NCBI GenBank assembly: GCA_021845905.1
Contig: JAJZVA010000011.1
Location: forward strand, 20,682-84,681
Reading direction: 5' to 3'
From: Pseudomonadota bacterium
GTDB taxonomy: Bacteria > Pseudomonadota > Alphaproteobacteria > Micavibrionales > UBA2020
Length of the DNA: 64,000 bases
Position 1 is the stretch's first letter. Each line of letters starts with the position of its first letter. The notes under the pieces are model-generated. The model worked only from the letters and a program-made list of their open reading frames with translations, searched no databases and was not told where the DNA came from. A program made the translations under genes and the position numbers. Positions 58,164-64,000 of this stretch are shown in pieces.

Positions 58164-58955
58164 TTACTCTTTGAGATTACGCTTTTTTTCAGACAATTTC
58201 ACCAGAAAAACCGAAATTTCGTAGAGCCCCATGAGCGGAATGGCCAGCAATGTCTGACTCATGATGTCCGGCGGCGTGAGCACGGCGGCGATGGCGAAAA
58301 TAGCGACGATGGCATAACGCCGCTTCTCGACCAGCGCTTTTGAGCTGACCAAGCCCACGCGCCCCAGCAAGGTCAGCAAAACAGGCATTTGAAAGCAAAT
58401 CCCGAAAGCGAAGATGAGAGTCATCACCAGTGAGAGATATTGCCCCACCCTTGCTTCAAGTTGTATCGGCAATCCGTTGTTATCTATGCCTAACATCTGA
58501 AAGCTGGCGAAGAATTTCCACGCCGCCGGGATCACCAGATAGTAAACGAACGCCGCGCCCGTGATGAACAGCGCAGGCGTCGCGATCAGGTATGGCAGAA
58601 AAGCGCTCCGCTCGTTTTTATAAAGCCCCGGCGCGATAAACCGCCAGATCTGCATCGCGATGACAGGAAACGCCAGCACGCCGCCCGCGAACAGCGCCAG
58701 CTTGATATAGGTGAAAAAAGCCTCTGTCAGGCCGGTATAGATCAGCTTTCTGTTCTCCCCATGAAGAACGACGGCCAGAGGTTTGACCAGAAACGCATAA
58801 ATATCCTGCGCGAAATAATAGCAAATCAGCGTGGCGACGATGTAGGCGGCGAAGCAATAAATCAGCCTGCGGCGCAGTTCGAGGAGATGCGCGATGACCG
58901 GCATCGAATTATCATCTGATGTATTTTCTTTATGATTATCAAGCATCTGTTCCAT
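58164..58955 (-). CDS. tatC: Sec-independent protein translocase TatC
   Basis: 263-aa six-TM protein with TatC-like motifs (HLLELRRRL..., LTPPD). tatABC order. Confidence 0.92.
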   Translation of the reverse strand: MEQMLDNHKENTSDDNSMPVIAHLLELRRRLIYCFAAYIVATLICYYFAQDIYAFLVKPLAVVLHGENRKLIYTGLTEAFFTYIKLALFAGGVLAFPVIAMQIWRFIAPGLYKNERSAFLPYLIATPALFITGAAFVYYLVIPAAWKFFASFQMLGIDNNGLPIQLEARVGQYLSLVMTLIFAFGICFQMPVLLTLLGRVGLVSSKALVEKRRYAIVAIFAIAAVLTPPDIMSQTLLAIPLMGLYEISVFLVKLSEKKRNLKE

Positions 58956-59244
58956 TCTTCTTATCTTCCGGATCAGATTTTGATTTTTGCTCCGTCTCGA
59001 TCTGGCGCTCTATGTTTTTCTGCAGATCTTCCCCGCCGGGTTTGTTGGCATTGCGGACGATATCGTCGAGCTCGCCCTCTTCCATAATTTTATCAAGCGT
59101 CTTCTGAATATCAGTCGTGTAAGACTTGATTTTCCTGATGAATTTTCCGGCCATATAAAGCGCGCGCGGCAGATCCTTCGGACCGATAACGACAACGGCC
59201 ACAAAGACGATCAGCAAAAATTCCGGCAAATCAATGCCCAGCAA
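58939..59244 (-). CDS. tatB: Sec-independent protein translocase TatB
   Basis: N-terminal TM plus amphipathic helix (MLGIDLPEFLLIVFVAVVVIGPKDLP). Overlaps tatC by 17 nt. Confidence 0.85.
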   Translation of the reverse strand: MLGIDLPEFLLIVFVAVVVIGPKDLPRALYMAGKFIRKIKSYTTDIQKTLDKIMEEGELDDIVRNANKPGGEDLQKNIERQIETEQKSKSDPEDKKNGTDA

Positions 59245-59246
59245 GG

Positions 59247-59450
59247 TCAGTCCGCCTTGCTGTTATTGTCGGTTGACGTGCTGGCATTCGACTTTGGCGC
59301 GGCATCCGGCGCGTCTTCGCCTTTGAGCCCGCCTTTGAAATTACGCAATCCCTTGCCGAGATCGCCCATCACGGTCGGCAGTTTGCCTGCCCCGAAAAGG
59401 ACAAAAACCACGATGACAAGTAAAAGGATGTGTCCGAAGCTGAAATCCAT
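59247..59450 (-). CDS. tatA: Sec-independent protein translocase TatA
   Basis: 67 aa. [19 protein letters not shown] followed by an amphipathic helix. Confidence 0.88.
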   Translation of the reverse strand: MDFSFGHILLLVIVVFVLFGAGKLPTVMGDLGKGLRNFKGGLKGEDAPDAAPKSNASTSTDNNSKAD

Positions 59451-59452
59451 GT

Positions 59453-60340
59453 TTAGTCCTCCTCTTCCTCATTATCCTCTTCTTCATCGTCGAAGTCATC
59501 ATCGGCGTCATCGGCGTCATAATCGTCTTCGTCCGATTCCATAACCGAATCATCTTCCCCGCCGCCGATCAAATCTTCATCCGTCACGGCCTGCGGATCT
59601 TCTTCTTCATCTCCGGCGCCGTCAAAAAGATCGGCGGGGTTCGGCATGGCTTCGATCGCCGGACGCTTGTCGAGCAAGCCCGCGGCCTTCAGCTCATCCA
59701 TGCCCGGCAGATCCGCCAGACGCTCAAGCCCGAAATGGTCCAGAAACGCCTGCGTGGAGAGCCACGTGACCGGACGGCCCGGAACCTCGCGGCGCTTGCC
59801 GGGCTTGATCCATCCCGCTTCCATCAGCGTATCGAGCGCGCCCGGGCTGGTCGCCACGCCGCGGATATTTTCGATTTCCGCGCGCGTCACCGGCTGGTGA
59901 TAGGCGATGACCGCCATCGTCTCCATCGCGGAACGGGTGAATTTGCGCGGCTGTTCCTTTTCGAGCTTCATCTGTTCGGCCAGCTCCGGCGCGGTGCGGA
60001 ACGCCCAGCGCTTGTCGCGCTGCACAAGGTTGACGCCGCGCACCTCATACTGTTCGCGCAAATGTTCGAGGATTTCCGGGATCAGCGACACGCGGTCGGC
60101 CGGAAAACGCTCGGCGATCGTGTTCACGTCAACGGCATTGGCGGAAGCGAACAGGATTGCCTCGACAAGGCGAATGTCCTCCTGCGTCATTTCCAGTTCA
60201 GGCGCATCGGCATCAACGCCTTCATCGGCGTCTTCGATCCCGCCGGATTCGAGCGTCTCCGCCGTTTCAGCGGCTTCCAACTCCGCCACTTCGGCGATTT
60301 CCTCGCCCACGATCTCGCTTTTCTTTTTCGCTTTCGCCAT
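59453..60340 (-). CDS. scpB: Segregation and condensation protein B
   Basis: ScpB winged-helix core (LVEAILFAS...; [19 protein letters not shown]). Unusually long acidic N- and C-terminal tails. Confidence 0.88.
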   Translation of the reverse strand: MAKAKKKSEIVGEEIAEVAELEAAETAETLESGGIEDADEGVDADAPELEMTQEDIRLVEAILFASANAVDVNTIAERFPADRVSLIPEILEHLREQYEVRGVNLVQRDKRWAFRTAPELAEQMKLEKEQPRKFTRSAMETMAVIAYHQPVTRAEIENIRGVATSPGALDTLMEAGWIKPGKRREVPGRPVTWLSTQAFLDHFGLERLADLPGMDELKAAGLLDKRPAIEAMPNPADLFDGAGDEEEDPQAVTDEDLIGGGEDDSVMESDEDDYDADDADDDFDDEEEDNEEEED

Positions 60341-60343
60341 CTC

Positions 60344-61189
60344 TTAGCCCTCTTTCGTCTCTTTTATATCCGTTGCATCCGTGTTTTCCACCGCTTCGTC
60401 CGCCTTATCCGGCTTCCGGATATAAATCGGCGCGTAATTCTTTTCCTGCTGGATGCGGATCAGCCCGCGCTTGGCCATCTCCAGCGCGCCGCCGAAAGTG
60501 GAGGCGACGGCGGAACGTTTGACGATCTTCTCGGTAAGACCTGCAGGCAGGAACATGAACAGCGACACCCATTCCTCGGGGATCTTGCCCAGCATGGATT
60601 CCAGCCGCGTGATCGCGTCTTCGAGCGAGAACAGCTTGACGGGGCTCAACTTGTAGACCGAATTCTGCTGGCGCTGTTTGATGTCGCCATAGGCGGTCAG
60701 CAGGTCATAGAGCGTCATTTCGTATTTGGAAATGAAGGACGTGCGCAAACCTTCCGGCGCGCCGCGGGCGAAGATGTTGTAACCGAGACGCGGCATGAGG
60801 AACAAATCGTTCGCCGCCTTGCGCATGGCTTCGAGGCGGCGGAGCTGGAATTGCAACGCTTCTGCGAGTTCCTGCGCCGAGGGTTCGGCCTGCTGCTCTT
60901 CTTCCTTCGGCACCAGCAGGCGCGACTTGAGATACGCGAGCCACGCCGCCATGACGAGATAATCGGCCGCCAGTTCGAGGCGCAAATCCCGCGCCTTGTC
61001 GATGAACTCTATATATTGGTTGGCGAGCGCGAGGATGGAAATCTTGGTCAGGTCCACTTTCTGGTCGCGCGCCAGCGACAGCAACATGTCGATCGGCCCG
61101 TCGAAGCCGCCGAGATAGAGCAAAAGCTGCTCGCTTTCGCTACGCTCCTTCAAAAGGTCTTCTTCAAATTCCGGTGCTTCTTCGCTCAT
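60344..61189 (-). CDS. scpA: Segregation and condensation protein A
   Basis: ScpA/kleisin-like (FDGPIDMLLSLARDQKVDLTKISILALANQY). Confidence 0.88.
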   Translation of the reverse strand: MSEEAPEFEEDLLKERSESEQLLLYLGGFDGPIDMLLSLARDQKVDLTKISILALANQYIEFIDKARDLRLELAADYLVMAAWLAYLKSRLLVPKEEEQQAEPSAQELAEALQFQLRRLEAMRKAANDLFLMPRLGYNIFARGAPEGLRTSFISKYEMTLYDLLTAYGDIKQRQQNSVYKLSPVKLFSLEDAITRLESMLGKIPEEWVSLFMFLPAGLTEKIVKRSAVASTFGGALEMAKRGLIRIQQEKNYAPIYIRKPDKADEAVENTDATDIKETKEG

Positions 61190-62208
61190 CTCGTACCCAG
61201 TCTTTGTTCCAGTATGGCCGCCGCGTGCGCGGCGCGCTGTTCTTCCGCTTTTGCGATCCTCGCCGTCGATGTCGCCGAGAGGAGCGGCGCCGCGGACAAA
61301 GCCCGCACGCGGTCTTCAAAAGGCGCGTTGCAGATCATCGTCAGATCCATCCCCGCCGCCATCGTCGCTTCAACGCGGCTTTCGACCGTGCCGCCGAGCG
61401 CCTTCATCGAGACATCGTCGGCGATCAGCACGCCCTCAAAGCCGATTTCCCCTCGCACCACCTCGTCGGTGATGCGCTTTGAAACAGTGGCGGCAGAATC
61501 AGGATCCAGCGCCGAGTATACAACATGCGCCGCCATAGCCCAAAGTGCTGTTTTCATATCCGAGCGAGCTAAATGCATGAACGGCTTGAAATCGCAGGCC
61601 GAAAGAATACTATGGGAAACATCTGTCACCGGCAATGCCAGATGGCTGTCCACGCGCGCGCGGCCATGCCCGGGAATATGCTTGATGACCGGCGTCACGC
61701 CGCCCTGAAGCAGCCCGCGGCACACCGCCTCGCCCAGCATGCCCACGACTTCCGGATCATCGCTGTAGGTGCGGCTGGCGGCGAGAAATGCGTGGCAATC
61801 GGGCGCGGGCACGTCGACGACCGGCGCGCAATCCACGGTGATGCCGAGATCCGCCATCTCGCGCGCCATGCGCAATGTGTTTTCGCGCGCGGCGGAGAAA
61901 GCTTCATCGGCGGATTTCTCCACCATTGCGCCGAAGGTTTTCGCGGGCGGATATTCCGTCCACTCCGGCGCTTTCAGCCGCGCTACCGAGCCGCCCTCCT
62001 GATCGATCAGCACCGGCAAATCATCCCGCCCGACGCACGCGCGGACGGAAGCGACAAGCTCCTTCACCTGCCGTTTCGAAACGCAGTTGCGCTTGAAAAG
62101 GATGAACCCCGCGGGCCTTTCGGATTTGAAAAGCTCTTGTTCTTCGGCAGTCAGCTCCGTGCCCGAAGCATCGACGACAATCGCTTTCAGTTCCGTCAGT
62201 TGCGGCAT
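61186..62208 (-). CDS. nagZ: Beta-N-acetylhexosaminidase NagZ (GH3)
   Basis: GH3 motifs (LIDQEGGSVARL, KHIPGHGRA). The ATG at 62208 follows the SPOR gene stop; the longer ORF to 62358 overlaps it. Confidence 0.88.
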   Translation of the reverse strand: MPQLTELKAIVVDASGTELTAEEQELFKSERPAGFILFKRNCVSKRQVKELVASVRACVGRDDLPVLIDQEGGSVARLKAPEWTEYPPAKTFGAMVEKSADEAFSAARENTLRMAREMADLGITVDCAPVVDVPAPDCHAFLAASRTYSDDPEVVGMLGEAVCRGLLQGGVTPVIKHIPGHGRARVDSHLALPVTDVSHSILSACDFKPFMHLARSDMKTALWAMAAHVVYSALDPDSAATVSKRITDEVVRGEIGFEGVLIADDVSMKALGGTVESRVEATMAAGMDLTMICNAPFEDRVRALSAAPLLSATSTARIAKAEEQRAAHAAAILEQRLGTR

Positions 62209-62212
62209 GACC

Positions 62213-63109
62213 TTACCGCCTTGCAAGGATGCACGGGCGATGCCCCGCCCTGATCTTCGCGCAAATCGCATCACCTTTATCTTTGGCGACCGGCCCCGCC
62301 TGCAAGCGGTAATAAATCCCCCGTCCGGGAATGTCCGCCTTGACGATGCGCATATCAAGATGCCTTAGCGCGGACACGAACTTCGGCCTTGTATGCTCCC
62401 AGTAAGCCTTCGCATCGGCGCGTGCGCGGTAGGAGCCGAGCTGCACCATGAAGTCTTTCGCGTCCGCGACGGGCGTTACGGTTTTGGCGGCGATGGTTTT
62501 GGCAGCGGCCGTCTTCTTCGCGACGGCGGCTTTGGCCTCGGTTTTGACCGCTACCTTGACCGGCGCTTTCGCGGGCGCTGCAAACACGATCTTCGGCGTC
62601 TCCGCCTTTTTCTGAGCGAGGGATGCGACAGTGACCGGCGGACGCGCCACAGGCGGCGGCGGCACAAGTTCCTCGACGCCGTTGCCGATTTTCTTCACGT
62701 CCATGTCAAGCTTGGCGGGCGCGGACATTTTCGACTGCAACGCCGCGATGGCGGCGGTTTTATCGACAGGCTGCGCGGGCGGCGGCGTGAGTTTTTCCGC
62801 CGCCTTGCCGCTGCCTTTGACCAGCGGGTTGAAGGCCGTGCTGTTTTGATAAGGAATGTTCATGCCGCCAGGGCTGGCGGGTGCGGATTTGATCGGCGCG
62901 TTGTTCGCCCGGATGACCGGCACGTCGGCATTGCGCGCGCCGCGCGGATAGGCGTACCAGACGATGCCGCCCAGCACGGCCAGCGCGAGGAGCGTCAACA
63001 CGCCCGGCGGCAGAAAGCGCTTCGGCTCCGGCGGCGGACGCATGCGCCCCATGTAGAAAGAGCCTATGTTTTCATCTTGCCCGATATTGCCTTCGTTGTT
63101 CTCAGCCAT
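62213..63109 (-). CDS. SPOR-domain protein
   Basis: N-terminal TM anchor, a Pro/Ala-rich linker, and a C-terminal SPOR domain (FMVQLGSYRARADAKAYWE...YYRLQAGPV). Confidence 0.8.
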   Translation of the reverse strand: MAENNEGNIGQDENIGSFYMGRMRPPPEPKRFLPPGVLTLLALAVLGGIVWYAYPRGARNADVPVIRANNAPIKSAPASPGGMNIPYQNSTAFNPLVKGSGKAAEKLTPPPAQPVDKTAAIAALQSKMSAPAKLDMDVKKIGNGVEELVPPPPVARPPVTVASLAQKKAETPKIVFAAPAKAPVKVAVKTEAKAAVAKKTAAAKTIAAKTVTPVADAKDFMVQLGSYRARADAKAYWEHTRPKFVSALRHLDMRIVKADIPGRGIYYRLQAGPVAKDKGDAICAKIRAGHRPCILARR

Positions 63110-64000
63110 GCATTTCCTCCACGGGTTCTACGCCCATCACCGCAAGGCCGGAAGCGATCACAGTCGCCATGGCCTTGACCAGCGCAAGTCTTGCGAAACT
63201 CAGTTCCCTGTCGTTCTCGATCAGGAAGCGGAGCGTGGCATCATCCCGCCCCCTGTTCCAGAACGAGTGAAATTCCGCCGCCAGTTCCTGCAAATAGAAG
63301 GTGACCCGGTGCGGCTCATGCGCTTCGGCGGCGGCTTCGAGATGCCGCGGCCAGCCCGCCATCGCGCGAATGAGCTTCAATTCGTCTTCGGTATCAAGAC
63401 GTTTCATGTCGGCCATCAGCAACGCCTCCACCGAAAAATCCGCGTCCGGCCACATCGCCTTCGCGTTGCGGAAGACGGAATGGCAGCGCGCGTGCGCGTA
63501 TTGCACGTAGAAGACCGGGTTGTCCTTCGATTGCTCGACGACCTTGGCGAAATCGAATTCCAGCTCGCTGTCCGGCGTGCGCGACAACATGAAGAACCTG
63601 ACCGCGTCCGCGCCCACTTCTTCCACCATCTCGCGCAAGGTGATGATGTTGCCCGAGCGCTTGGAGAATTTGACCGGCACGCCGTTCTTCAGGACTTTCA
63701 CCATGCCGCAAAAGATGACGTCGATCTTCGCCTTGCCGTCGCTGAGCGCGGAAATGGCGGGACGCATCTTGTCGAGATAGTTGCCGTGGTCCTTGCCGAG
63801 GACGTTGATCATCCATTTGTAGCCGCGGCGGATTTTATCGTAATGATAGGCGATGTCCGGCATGATGTAGGCCCAGGTGCCGTCGCGCTTTTTCAAGGGG
63901 CGGTCGGATGAATCGCCGAACTTGCTGGAGCGGAACAGCGTCAGCTCCGCCGGTTCCCAGTCTTCCATCTCTTTGCCTTTCGGCGGCGGGAGCGTGCCCT
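63102..64000 (-). CDS. argS: Arginyl-tRNA synthetase (C-terminal part; gene runs off the window)
   Basis: ArgS anticodon-binding/DALR region (NPVFYVQYAHARCHSVFRNA...). The reading frame stays open to position 64000, so the annotated Met at 63968 is internal. Confidence 0.9.
   Translation of the reverse strand, partial: GTLPPPKGKEMEDWEPAELTLFRSSKFGDSSDRPLKKRDGTWAYIMPDIAYHYDKIRRGYKWMINVLGKDHGNYLDKMRPAISALSDGKAKIDVIFCGMVKVLKNGVPVKFSKRSGNIITLREMVEEVGADAVRFFMLSRTPDSELEFDFAKVVEQSKDNPVFYVQYAHARCHSVFRNAKAMWPDADFSVEALLMADMKRLDTEDELKLIRAMAGWPRHLEAAAEAHEPHRVTFYLQELAAEFHSFWNRGRDDATLRFLIENDRELSFARLALVKAMATVIASGLAVMGVEPVEEMHG

Noticed and set aside
59735-61708. 657-aa plus-strand ORF spanning scpB, scpA and nagZ in antisense
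   Set aside because: Arg/Phe/Leu-rich nonsense composition. It crosses three independently well-supported minus-strand genes, so it is a high-GC artefact.
1-64000. Scan for CRISPR arrays, rRNA, IS elements, integrases, phage genes, reverse transcriptases and toxin-antitoxin pairs
   Set aside because: No regularly spaced repeats, no rRNA-like segments and no ORFs with transposase, integrase, RT or classic TA signatures were seen. The only mobility-like trace is the tRNA 3'-end duplication reported in the findings.

Overview
This is a high-GC chromosomal segment. Its conserved gene order points to an alphaproteobacterium: plsX-fabH-ihfA-MerR at the left end and argS-SPOR-nagZ-scpAB-tatABC-serS-surE-pcm-nlpD at the right end. 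About 70 CDS and 2 tRNA genes are supportable. I saw no rRNA, CRISPR array, transposase, integrase or phage genes. Housekeeping blocks alternate with accessory material:
(i) An orphan two-partner-secretion (TpsA-like) exoprotein with a His/Asp/Arg-rich tail. It sits beside a GT-C/TPR membrane glycosyltransferase and a GtrB-like GT2.
(ii) An operon of two paralogous exported proteins next to tRNA-Arg.
(iii) A purine-catabolism trio (uraH, puuE, uraD).
(iv) A Tad/Cpa (Flp) pilus locus at about 19.5-28.9 kb. It lacks cpaB/rcpC and recognisable tadE/F/G genes.
(v) Three unknown genes divergent from flp.
(vi) A gamma-glutamylation-type amine catabolism pair, translationally coupled to ung.
(vii) A lone TerD gene inside an rluD-terD-aroQ operon.
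(viii) An orphan sensor-less MCP.
(ix) A two-gene module of uncharacterised exported proteins at 51.4-54.4 kb. The first carries a Cys-rich lysozyme/SLT-like motif.
The best candidates for something undescribed are (ix), (i) and (ii). All functional calls rest on motif and architecture recognition by eye, with no database search run. Many long antisense ORFs in the track are high-GC mirror-frame artefacts.
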